From Azolla caroliniana (Eukaryota > Plantae > Polypodiophyta), in assembly GCA_043228905.1 (NCBI GenBank), contig JBHGNT010000003.1, forward strand, positions 6,386,001 through 6,450,000: a stretch of 64,000 nt of DNA, written 5' to 3'. Both the position numbers and the translations under genes were made by a program. This document shows positions 1 to 11,200 of the stretch, piece by piece; position 1 is the first letter of the stretch, and the number at the start of each line of letters is the position of its first letter. The notes under the pieces were generated by a model that did no database searches, was not told where the DNA came from, and worked only from the letters and a program-made list of their open reading frames with translations.

Positions 1-570
1 AGCTATTGAAGCAATATTTTTGTATGACCAAAAATTGAAATGTTCACTATTAATGATTGAGACTTGTAGTTCAAATTTGATAGAATCAATTCCCATTTGA
101 CAATGATTTTCTTGTATAATCATTGCAAAGACAACTTTAACCGCCAAACTTATGGTTAAGGGCCATATGCATAGGTGAATTGTTCCATATTAGTGGTCGA
201 GATGTGTAGTTGCTTACCGTTGTATATGTTAAAATCTTGAATCTCATCTGAGAATCTTATATTTGTACAATCGCTCCAAGGAGGGCTTGAACCTCTGACT
301 TTAAAGTAAACAGCCATACACTCTAACCAATTGAGTTATTGAAGCAATATGTTATATTACAAACAATTGAAATATCTAGTATCAATGATCGAGATTTGTA
401 GTTCATATTTGATAGGGTCAAGTTCCATTTGCGTTTAAAATCACTTCAAGGACAATTTCAAGTGCCATATGAAGAGTTTAATTGAATCATGATTTGTAGT
501 TGACGCTTTATAGGTTCAAATCTTGAATCTCATTTGAGAATCTTTTGTTTGTACAATCGCACCAAGGAGG
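1..570 (-). repeat. Tandem repeat (~290-330 bp unit) carrying tRNA-Asn copies
   Basis: 1-100 resembles 334-430, and 232-283 resembles 518-570. A tRNA 5' end lies at 1-12, a full copy at 272-345 and a 3' stub at 558-570. Confidence 0.7.
272..345 (-). pseudogene. tRNA-Asn(GTT) pseudogene, middle unit of a decayed tandem array
   Basis: Reverse complement GCTTCAA TA ACTC AATTGGTTA GAGT G TATGG CTGTTTA CTTTA AAGTC AGAGG TTCAAGC CCTCC TTGGAGC G. Acceptor and D stems pair and the anticodon is GTT, resembling plant cytosolic tRNA-Asn. Anticodon stem, A box and B box are degraded by transitions. Confidence 0.75.
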
Positions 571-1823
571 ATTTCCTTGATTTCCTTTCGCTTGTGCGGA
601 TGCCATCGGGTCGTTATTATGAGCCATTGAATGATATTTGCTGACAAAGAAATAGGATAAGGTCATACAAATAGTCATAACATCATGTCGTGATGTAAAC
701 ATAGCATGGGCAAACATTAGTCGATATCTTGATTGCACGTTAATACCCCTCTAGACGTATGAGATGAGGTTCAAGATCAGGTTACTATGGTAACACAAAG
801 GTGCTTTAAAAACCATGGGGGTGACAAATGAATGTCTTCCTTGATCTCTATATTGATTGTTTTTCATGGCGGCTCCCGAAGGCGCAACCATGTATTTTTG
901 CATCATGAATAGTTTAAACACGTAAAAATGTTAACAATAAATTGTCTCTATGGCCACGCATGTGGTTTCAGCTCTTTTAGTCCTATTACGAGGACCCCGA
1001 AGTGCACTTAGACCTAAAGTCTAAACATTTGTTATAGTCATATGTATCAACGTGGTTTCAGCTCTTTAAGTCCTATTACGAGGACCTCGAAGTGCACTTA
1101 GACCTAAAGTCTAAACATGTGTTATAGTCATATGTATCAACAATGTTGTATGGTCTTGATCATATTTGAACTCAAGACCTCGAGAACAAATGCATTAAAC
1201 ACTTGAGTTAACAAATCGATTTGCTCATCTTGAATATTTAATATTTTATGTGTATAAATTATGTGCAAAGGCATTTGCCCATATATGTGTTTTAAAAGAA
1301 AACATATATGTCGAGAGTCCTTATTTCCCCCTTGTTTACTACAAAACTATGTTGGTACGTTACCTAACCTCAAGTCTCATAATTACGATGGCATACACCA
1401 AAGTGCAACCTAATGGTCAAGCCAAATGAGTCGTCTTTTCATAGTAGGCCCACATGACCTATCACGTGGTTACATCATTACGAATGCCTTCCGTAATGAT
1501 GATCTCATGGTGGCATCGTATCCATGTACGAGGGAGGGATGTTGGATACATGTGTCATAGGAGCGACCTCACATGAAGTGGGTCAAGCCCTACGCTCTCA
1601 ACATCATTGTGGCTATGATCGTTTCGTTATAACAGGTACCGAAATCGAAATGACCAACGGGGATGACAACAAAAAATTTGTTGAAAAAAGGATGTCACAA
1701 CGCCATTCTCACAAAAATTTGACAACGGCCACCAAGATCCTTTCCCCGAAAAGGACAACGTTCGATATACAAAATCACGTAATAACTGATATACACATAT
1801 GTATGTTTATCACGTGTATACGT

Positions 1824-2537
1824 TGTCGTAGTGTATTTTGTACACTACGTGAAAAACGTATATAGTATTAGATTCAATAAAAAAATGAAGAAATAGAAGA
1901 AAATAGCAAAATAAATGGAACATGCATAGGGCAAGATTCGAACCTTGCACCTCCATGTTAATAATGTAATGTCTTACCATTACACTAGCATTTCATTAGT
2001 GTTAAAGCATAGATGTCCCACATAGAAAGGTAAATTCACGCTAGGATAAACATTAGAAAAACGCATAACAAAAGAAAAAGCTACACATACACATCTAGCG
2101 TGCATGATAAAAAACGCACAAGTTAGAAAAAAGCATGATCACTTTAGATAAAGCATATAGTCTATCTATAGGAAAAGCATGGGGTCTATAGTTAGAGAAA
2201 AAGCATGGATTACTAAGACTTCCTCATCACTACATAAGGATGGGAAGCACAATGTAATTGTGTGTGAAATATTTGGGAAATTGGATATATTTCCTAAAAC
2301 ACCAATTAACAAACTATACTCGTGGGATTCACGAGATTTCTATATCTTTCTCTATCAATCTAAATACATATTCTTACATAAATATTAATCAATAAAATAC
2401 ATTATACTTGTGGGATTCACAAGTTTCTAATAATCTACTCATAATTATAATAGTCTCAAATTCTTCCTCCTCCTAGTCCAAAACCCCGGTGGTTCCCACC
2501 CGACTCACGCAACGATCCGGAGCCGAAAGACACGACA
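1824..2537 (+). repeat. 5' LTR of the Gag-only element
   Basis: Direct repeat of 4601-5314 with TG...CA termini. Confidence 0.95.
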
Positions 2538-2541
2538 CAGT

Positions 2542-2559
2542 TGGTGAACCCGACGTGAA
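2542..2559 (+). other. Primer-binding site, tRNA-Trp
   Basis: TGGTGAACCCGACGTGAA begins after a 4-nt spacer behind the LTR end. It is complementary to the 3' end of plant cytosolic tRNA-Trp (..TTCACGTCGGGTTCACCA, recalled from knowledge of that tRNA). Confidence 0.8.
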
Positions 2560-2628
2560 GGCGGGTGGCAAGGAGATGGAGAATCAACAAGAGGCAATGA
2601 GCATAACGATGATGATGATGTTCGAAGG

Positions 2629-4599
2629 ATGCTACAAGAACAACGAGCGATGTCGGAGATCACGGCGGTAGTAAAGCGGCTCGTACAACGAAACGGACAA
2701 TTCAACGGAAACGATCTGTCACGCTATTTACATGACTACAAGGCAGAGATGATACGATGTGGGATACCGGAAGGATTGCAAGTGACATCCTTCAATCGGG
2801 TGGCCACGGATGAGCTACAAGAGAGAATCCACAAGATACGGCAACAAAACTCGACATGGGGGTCATTCGAAGAAGCTTTACGAGAGGCATATGATTACAA
2901 GAGATCAAAGGGACAAGATCGGCGAAAATTCGACGAATGGGTGGCATCGGAGAAGACCCACCGAAGTGCAACACAAGCATTCCTAGAGTTCGAGCATCGT
3001 TTTGCTCGACTCTCGGAGCGGGAACGAAGATTGGTGGGAGGAGATAAAGTCTTAATGTTCGTAAGATCGATCGATCGGAAAGAAAGGATGGACATCGGGA
3101 TCGAACTCGAAGATGATGACGGTGCGAACGGTCTTACCGAGGATTGGGCTAAAGTCGAAAGGGTATGCCGAAGACATGATGAAAGGAAGCTGAGAATCTC
3201 GTCAACAACGACATGGCCCATGAAGGATGGTCGATTGAGGAAAAACGATGAAGCCAATATGAAGGCCGAAATACAACATGATGGTACCACGGGAGAAAGA
3301 GTGGAACAAGACACCCACTCGTCTTGTGAAAGAACGATGGCGAAGGATAAGGCCGATAATTCAAGTGTAGAAGAAGATTTCGAGATACAAGTGCCCGAGA
3401 CATCGGGTCAAAAAGGGGTAAGCATAATAGATGTTTGCATAATTGATGCAGATAAAGAGTGTGAAGCGGATGTGATTAAGGAGGTAGCCACAAAAGACGA
3501 AATCGAATCGGAGGTGGCTATGGACGAATCAATGGCGGATTGCCATATCGAGACTTCCCCACCACTGATTCCAGAGACTCCGGCGGTTGCGATCGAAAGG
3601 CAACGTGAGACCGAAGAGACGGAAGGTGGCGGAGAGAAAACGAATGTCGAAGCCGACGAATACGATGAAGAGATAGCCGAGAAGAATGCTAAGGGTGAAA
3701 CTACGAAAGAAGGTAATACCGAGGATTCATGCCAACAATATCTAGAGACTTCGGCGGTTGTGTCCGAGAACCAACGTGAGACCGGAGAGACGGGAGATGG
3801 CGGCGAGGAAGGTAAAGTCGGAAGTCGGTTCGGATGGAAAATGATCCATCCGAAATTCCAACCTAAAAGAAAGTGCGACAATGCGGAGGTCGGGTCTACG
3901 ACGGGAGAAGCGCGTAATACAGAGCACGCTCTACGGCGAATAAAGAAACGCGTGTTATGGCGAATAAAGAAGCACGCGCTACGGCGAGAAAAGAAGCATG
4001 CATTACAACCACACGAGGACCGAACAACGAGCACATATCGGAGGACCTACGTAGCGAACAACGGAAAGACGTGCCGAAAGTCGAACCGGACAAGGCAGGT
4101 GAAAACGAAGAAAAGAAAGCAAATCCGGACGAAAAGAAAAGAAAAGAAACCGACCCGAAAGAGCACTGAATCGGTAAAAACCGATCAACCGAGTCCGGAT
4201 CGACCGAATACAAATCGGAAAGGAAGCCGAACTAAACGAAAGACGATCCGACGAGACCGAATCGGAAGTAAGCTAATCCGACTAAACCGAAAATCCGAAA
4301 AGAAGTCGAGATTGATGAAGAAAAGAAAGAGGGCAAGAAAAGATACTACCGCGGATGACAAGGACCAAGCGAGCCATGCAAAAAGCGAACGAAGACTATG
4401 GTGGATCGGATGTCGACAATGGTTCGGGTGGAAAGAATGGATGTGCTCCAAATGGAGAGACAAAGTCAACATAACAAGAGAAGTCGAGGGTACTACGAGC
4501 CGGCAACGAAACCAATCGGGTAGAGACCGGACGGAGGAGACTAACAAACACCAACAACTTCGGCACATACCGGAGGATGTGCGGGTTTGGAGGGGGTGA
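2629..4599 (+). CDS. Gag/capsid-like protein (N-terminal ~190 aa) with acidic then basic low-complexity tail, 656 aa
   Basis: Only long ORF between PBS and PPT. The FNGNDLSRYL...TWGSFEEALREAY...EDWAKV pattern is typical of Ty3/Gypsy capsid. An upstream ATG at 2576 (MENQQEAM...) is one base out of frame. Confidence 0.65.
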   Translation: MLQEQRAMSEITAVVKRLVQRNGQFNGNDLSRYLHDYKAEMIRCGIPEGLQVTSFNRVATDELQERIHKIRQQNSTWGSFEEALREAYDYKRSKGQDRRKFDEWVASEKTHRSATQAFLEFEHRFARLSERERRLVGGDKVLMFVRSIDRKERMDIGIELEDDDGANGLTEDWAKVERVCRRHDERKLRISSTTTWPMKDGRLRKNDEANMKAEIQHDGTTGERVEQDTHSSCERTMAKDKADNSSVEEDFEIQVPETSGQKGVSIIDVCIIDADKECEADVIKEVATKDEIESEVAMDESMADCHIETSPPLIPETPAVAIERQRETEETEGGGEKTNVEADEYDEEIAEKNAKGETTKEGNTEDSCQQYLETSAVVSENQRETGETGDGGEEGKVGSRFGWKMIHPKFQPKRKCDNAEVGSTTGEARNTEHALRRIKKRVLWRIKKHALRREKKHALQPHEDRTTSTYRRTYVANNGKTCRKSNRTRQVKTKKRKQIRTKRKEKKPTRKSTESVKTDQPSPDRPNTNRKGSRTKRKTIRRDRIGSKLIRLNRKSEKKSRLMKKRKRARKDTTADDKDQASHAKSERRLWWIGCRQWFGWKEWMCSKWRDKVNITREVEGTTSRQRNQSGRDRTEETNKHQQLRHIPEDVRVWRG

Positions 4600-4600
4600 G

Positions 4601-5314
4601 TGTCGTAGTGTATTTTGTACACTACGTGAAAAACGTATATAGTATTAGATTCAATAAAAAAATGAAGAAATAGAAGAAAATAGCAAAATAAATGGAACAT
4701 GCATAGGGCAAGATTCGAACCTTGCACCTCCATGTTAATAATGTAATGTCTTACCATTACACTAGCATTTCATTAGTGTTAAAGCATAGATGTCCCACAT
4801 AGAAAGGTAAATTCACGCTAGGATAAACATTAGAAAAACGCATAACAAAAGAAAAAGCTACACATACACATCTAGCGTGCATGATAAAAAACGCACAAGT
4901 TAGAAAAAAGCATGATCACTTTAGATAAAGCATATAGTCTATCTATAGGAAAAGCATGGGGTCTATAGTTAGAGAAAAAGCATGGATTACTAAGACTTCC
5001 TCATCACTACATAAGGATGGGAAGCACAATGTAATTGTGTGTGAAATATTTGGGAAATTGGATATATTTCCTAAAACACCAATTAACAAACTATACTCGT
5101 GGGATTCACGAGATTTCTATATCTTTCTCTATCAATCTAAATACATATTCTTACATAAATATTAATCAATAAAATACATTATACTTGTGGGATTCACAAG
5201 TTTCTAATAATCTACTCATAATTATAATAGTCTCAAATTCTTCCTCCTCCTAGTCCAAAACCCCGGTGGTTCCCACCCGACTCACGCAACGATCCGGAGC
5301 CGAAAGGCACGACA
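4601..5314 (+). repeat. 3' LTR of the Gag-only element
   Basis: Direct repeat of 1824-2537, preceded by the PPT. Confidence 0.95.
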
Positions 5315-6075
5315 ACGTATTTGACCACACATGCGTATTTTATTTTTTTAAACTAACATAAAATAGCCAACAAATGATGAAATCGAGATACGTAATCAAG
5401 GCATATAAGCCTCTACGCACACGAAACATCCAAAAATAAGGGTGAATGTAATACGCAATTGACCTCGTATGCATACAACACCAATCACATATCATTTACA
5501 TAGAAATCGAGGTTAATCACCAATCACATATCATTTACATAGAAATCAAGGTATTAACCTCGTACGCATACGGCACAAATCACATATCAAATATATGTCA
5601 AATGAGGTATTGATCTCATACACATATGTATACGTTTTATACAACCAATTAATTACCAGTACAACATCATTGAATCATTAAAAGAAAACACATATTGATT
5701 ATACATTATTAGATTTGGAGAAGAAAGAATAGAAAAAAATTAAGAAAAAGTTACCGAAATTCACTTTGTTAATGCCTTTCTAAATCAAGCTTGATCGCAC
5801 ATCAATCGATCGTCATCCATCAAAAGAAAACAATCAACAAACGAAACATTAGAAACATGGCGTCCCAATCCCATACCACCTTCGTGGCGTCGAGTCGTAC
5901 TTGGTGCTCGCTACAAGAGTTGACCCACCACAAGAACGGAGTCCCGACGTAGTCAAGAGATCATGAAAGGAGGGTAGTTACGCCTCATATTTATAGCCAA
6001 ACCTAAGGCCGCCATGCAAGTTCACACTTGTCCTAATGGGTTGTCTCAATTCCGATGATTAAAAGTAATCCTCCC

Positions 6076-6540
6076 TGTTACGGGCATGACCATATAATAT
6101 CCCGTGGTGAGAATTGTCGTAGTATTCTATACACGTGGATAAGTGTGAGGGTTAAACAAAGAGTCTAAAGAAGGGGAGGATTACTTTTAATCCTCGGGAT
6201 TGAGACAACCCATGAGGCCAAGTGTGAACATGGCTGGGGGCCTTGAGAATTACTATAAATAAGAGGCCTAGCTACCCTCATTTGGGCATGCATTGACTAC
6301 GTCGAGACTCTGTCCGTGAGTGGAACGACTCTTGTAGCAAGCGCACTATCGTCCAGGTACGACTCGACGCCAAGGCGGTGGTATGGGACGCCGATCGAGG
6401 CTCGAGTCCGTCTCGATCCCTTCGCTCGGGGGTGGTCGGGTGGATCGGCACCCTTCTTTCTCTCTTTTCTCTCTATTCTTTCTAGATCTATCATTGATAT
6501 ATCCTTATTTTATGCTTACTTTAGTACCTAATCTCTAATA
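6076..6540 (+). repeat. 5' LTR of the chromovirus
   Basis: TGTTA...TAATA ends and a TATAAATA box near 6254. Confidence 0.95.
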
Positions 6541-8211
6541 TTTGGTATCAGAGCCTATGTACTAACGTTTCTTTTGGTTTTCTTTTTGTCTTCGCGTGGG
6601 ATGGCGATTGATCGTTGTGCGGTCGCCTTCATGCAGACAAGGATTAGCGAAAGAACTTCGGTAAATTTTCCTTAATTTTTTATCTAATTTTTCTTCTCCC
6701 TTCTATACATGTGTATACTTAATATGTAGTTTTTTTTTCATATATTCAATGATGTTGACGTGGTATTTAATTGGTTATCTTAAACGTTTACATATGTCCA
6801 CGAGGTCAATACCTCGTTTGACATATAAATCATATGTGATGAGTGTCGTATGCGTACGAGGTTACTACCTCAATTGCGTATTACGTTCACGAACATATGT
6901 TACGTTCGCGTACGAGGTCAATACCTCGATTCGTTCGAAATGATATGCGTTGGATTTACTATGCGTAAGAGGTCAATACCTCAATTGCGAATTACGCTTA
7001 ACCTTATTTTCGGATGTTTCGTGTGCGTAGAGGTATATGCCTCGATTACGTATCCCGAATACATCATTGTTGGCTATATAAAAAAAACGATTCATTTAGT
7101 ATACGCATATGTGGTCACTTATATACGTCTCTGATCGTATATATGTGATATATTGACATATGTGTATATTTTAGATTACGTGATTCATATCAAATGTTTT
7201 CCTAATTGGGGAGAGGATTTTGGTGGCCGTCCTCACATTTTTGTGAGAATGGCGTTGTCACCATCCCTTTTATCAACAATTTTTATTGTTGAAATTCCCG
7301 TTGGTCACTTTGATCTTTCGTTACGTAACGAACCTCGTATAGCCAAAATGATGTTGAATACGTCGGTCTAATGACACACGTATCCAACATCTCCCCTCGT
7401 TACATGGATACGATGCCACCATGAGCTCGTTCTTACGAGCGCCATTCGTAATGACGTGACCATGTGATGGGCCACATGAGCCTACGAAGACACAAGGGCT
7501 CATTCGGCTTGACCATTAGGTTACACTTTGGCATATGCCATTGTACTTACGAGGCTTGAGGGTAGGTAGCGTACAACCATAGTGGGTAATAAATGAGGGA
7601 GAAATAAGGCCACTTGACCTATATGTTTCTTTTAAAAAAAACATATAGGGGCAAATGCATCGCATATCTCGAATACGCCTCAAACATTAAACATTCAAGA
7701 TGCGCAATCTACTTGGTTGGCTCAAGTGTTTAATGTATTTGTCCTCGAGGTCTCGAGTTCAAATATGACCAACACCATACAACATCGTTGATACATATGA
7801 CTATAATACATGTTTAGACTTTAGGGCTAAGTGCACTTCGGGGTCCTCGTAATAGGACTTAAAGAGCCGAAACCACATATGTGGGCACAGAAACATAGTT
7901 ATTGTTAACATTTTTTTCGTGTATAAACTATTCATGACGCGAACATACATGGTTGAGCCTCGGGGAGCCGCCATGAAAAAATCGATATAGAGATCAGGGA
8001 AAGGCATTCATTTGTCACCCCCATGGTTTTTAAAACACCTCTGTGTTACCATAGTAACCTGATCTTGAACCTCATCTCATACGTCTAGAGGGGTATTGAC
8101 GTGAGATCATGATATCGATTAATGTTTGCCCATGATATGTTTACACCACGACAAGATGTTATGACTATTTGTCTGACCTTATCTTATTTCTTTGCCAGAA
8201 ATAATCATTCA

Positions 8212-11200
8212 ATGGCTCAGAATAACGACCCGATGCCCTCCGCTCAAGCGGAAAGACCTCAAGGAAATCCTCCTGGGACAATGTCCATTGAGGCGTATAT
8301 TTTACAAGTACAACATTTCCTTAGTTCAACCGCGCAGTAGTTGACCGAATTTCGGCAATCTCAAAGTGCTCTCGAGGCACGAGTCATTAGTCTCCAAAAT
8401 GAGATTAATAGACCTGATGAGCGTCAGGGTGAACCATCATTTGTCGTAAAGCCATTTACGGGAGATAAAAAGGAAAGAACCGAAGAAGCAATCTGCACGT
8501 GGCTGGGCCGATGGGAGTCTCATTTTGAGCTCTATCCCACGCCAGATAGTACGAAGATTGCATATGTCGGCCGAGAACTAGGGGGTAAGGCCGCCGCTTG
8601 GTGGCGTGGGCTCCGAACTTTGGGGAGATTGCCCGAGACCTGGACAGACTTTGTCACAGTTTTCAAGGGTCAATTTCTACAACCTCCCTCTCGAACCGAG
8701 GCAGCACAAGCTTTAATGAACCTCTCTAGCAGGAAGTTTTCCTCGCTAGAAGACTATGTCCACCATGCTAGAACCCAAATCCAAAAATCGGGTCTAGAAG
8801 GGGACAATTGGTTAATAGCTTGTTTTGTCAATGGCATCCCCAATTCGGACTATCACTGGATAGTGCACGATAAGGATCCAAAATCCTTCGAAGAGGCCGT
8901 TGAGATAGTTCTTCGCTATCAACGCACTTCGAAGAAGGACCATAACAAACCCAACGAAGCGCCCGGGACTAAGCAGTCGCAATTCGTTGGGAAACACAAG
9001 ACACCCAACGAATTCATGGATCGCGATTATAAGCGACAACATCCTTTTTGCGTATTTTGCAAAAAGAAGGGTCATACAAAAGAGCAATGTCGTAAGCTCC
9101 AACGAAAAGAGCACGACGCCAAACCTAAAGCTACAGACCATAAAGGTCAGATTCCTAATGTCCTTCAGGTCTATACACATCATTTGAGTAATTGTCAATG
9201 TTCTTTCCCTCATTATGTATTGGGTCCCAATGATTTACTACGTGCAAACGGGTATATCAATGGATCTCCCGTACAATTTTTATTTGATTCGGGAAGCTCA
9301 CACAATTTTGTGAATGATCGTTTGGTACAGATATGGGGAATCCAACCCACCGTAAGTGATCACACCTACACGGTGCACTTGGCTGATGGAAGAGTACAAC
9401 ACATCAACGGGGCGATTCATTCTTTAGGAATTTCTATTGATACCTATATAGAGGAAGTAGACTTCCATGTAATGAATCTTAGTACCACCGATGTAATACT
9501 GGGTTATCCCTGGTTTTATAATAAAAGCTCTTCTTTATTTATTGATTGGGTTCGCCATTCCATTTCTTTTGTACTCAACGATTGTACGCATTTTATTCAA
9601 TGTGTAACAAAACAATCCCTCTCGATTGTTTCCTCGTGTCCATCAATATCCGAGTTGTCTTGTTCTACGTTATTTTATTGTGTACTTGATCCGGACATTC
9701 ACGTTTACAATATCGATAATGTCTCGGGTCAATTAACATATTTTGAACAAAAACAACTTGATGAAATCGTAAACGATTTTCGTGATGTTTTTCCGAGTGA
9801 ACTACCCGATGGTTTACCTCCTAAACGTAATATAGACCATCGTATAGATATTGTACCTGGCATTGCACCCATTAGTATACCTTCGTATCGCCTAAGTCGA
9901 TCTGAAGAGGATGAGGTAGCTAAGCAACTTAAGGACTATTTACGAATGGGTTATATACGTTATAGTAAATCTCCATGGGGTGCACCAGTTCTCTTGGTTA
10001 AAAAGAAAGAGGGCACATGGCGTATGTGTATTAATTACCGACGCTTGAATAAAGTGACGATCAAGAATTCGTACCCATTGCCCCGGGCTGACGATCTAAT
10101 TGACCGTCTCCAGGGAGCTCGGTATTTTACGAAACTTGATCTCCGTACTGGCTACCATCAAATACGAATAAGTGAGGACGATGTTCCTAAAACAGCATTT
10201 CGTACGCGCTACGGCCATTATGAGTTTTTGGTTATGCCTTTTGGTTTGACCAATGCTCCGGCTACATTTCAACAAGAAATGAATGACATTTTCCGAGAAC
10301 AACTTGGAAAATTTGTCGTTATCTTCTTAGATGATATTTTAGTTTATAGCCGTACATTACAAGAACATGCTAGACATGTCCGCTTTGTTTTACAAATATT
10401 GCGTGACAAACAATTTTACGCGAAGATCTCAAAATGTGAGTTCTTCAAGAAATCAATTACTTATCTTGGACATCTCATAACCGAACGAGGAGTTGAAATT
10501 GATCCTTCTCGCATCCAGAAAATCAAGCTTTGGCCCACTCTTCGGAATATTCAAGAAGTTCGATCATTCCTTGGTTTTGTCGGATTTTTGCGAAAATCTC
10601 TTCGTAATTACTCACAATTGACGACGCCGTTTACTGATCTTCTAAAAGGTCAAACGCGTAAGTCTACAAAACCTATTGTGTGGAATGCTACACTAGACCT
10701 CGCCTTTAAGGAACTCAAGGACTTGGTATGCAAGGCTCCTTCACTTCTTTTACCCGATCCTTCAAAACCTTTTTGAGGTTGAAACCGACGCAAGCGATTA
10801 TGCTATAGGTGCTGTCTTGTATCAAGATGGTAAACCAATAGCATTCGAGAGTAAGAAACTTGATTCTGCTCAATGTCGGTATACCGTTCAAGAAAAGGAA
10901 TTATTTGCGGTTATACATGCGCTCAAAACATGGCGCCATTATCTTTATGGAAATCGCTTTGTGGTAACTACGGACCACGAGTCCTTGAAATATTTTTGTG
11001 ACCAACAAGACCTGAAAGGTCGTAAGGCACGATGGGCTGATCTCATCCAGGACTTTGATTTTTCCATACGATATCGTAAAGGTTCCATGAATACTGTCGT
11101 TGATGCACTAAGTCGCATCCGTGAAGTTAACATGCTTAGCTTCACTGAAATAACATCAGATCTTTATGATCACCTTCGAGGAAAGTATCCTGATGACAAT

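Larger units (their letters stand above)
1824..5314 (+). mobile_element. Non-autonomous Gag-only LTR retrotransposon (TR-GAG-like), 3491 bp
   Basis: 714-bp LTRs at 1824-2537 and 4601-5314 (TGTCGT...ACGACA), one mismatch seen. PBS at 2542-2559, PPT GGAGGGGGTGAG at 4589-4600, and 4-bp TSD ACGT (1820-1823 / 5315-5318). No PR, RT or IN motifs. Confidence 0.92.
563..6075 (-). mobile_element. Old truncated Ty3/Gypsy remnant (part of 5' LTR, 5' UTR, first ~20 gag codons), interrupted by the element at 1824-5314
   Basis: Reverse complement of 563-1823 and 5319-6075 aligns by eye with ~6170-8275 of the intact element (MAHNNDPMASAQA vs MAQNNDPMPSAQA). It carries an internal 90-bp tandem duplication at 962-1141. 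U5/PBS is deleted near 5857. Confidence 0.85.

Noticed and set aside
2179-2388. Identical 69-aa ORFs at 2179 and 4956, and 65/71-aa ORF pairs at ~6300 and ~12860
   Set aside because: They are identical only because they lie in paired LTRs; no protein motifs.
3408-4757. Antisense ORFs of 190-208 aa inside the Gag-only element
   Set aside because: They are low-complexity shadows of the purine-rich sense strand, with no recognisable motifs.
10765-10780. Possible programmed ribosomal frameshift in pol
   Set aside because: It lies at the RT/RNase H junction rather than the gag/pol boundary, with a stop immediately after. A 1-nt insertion or read error is simpler.
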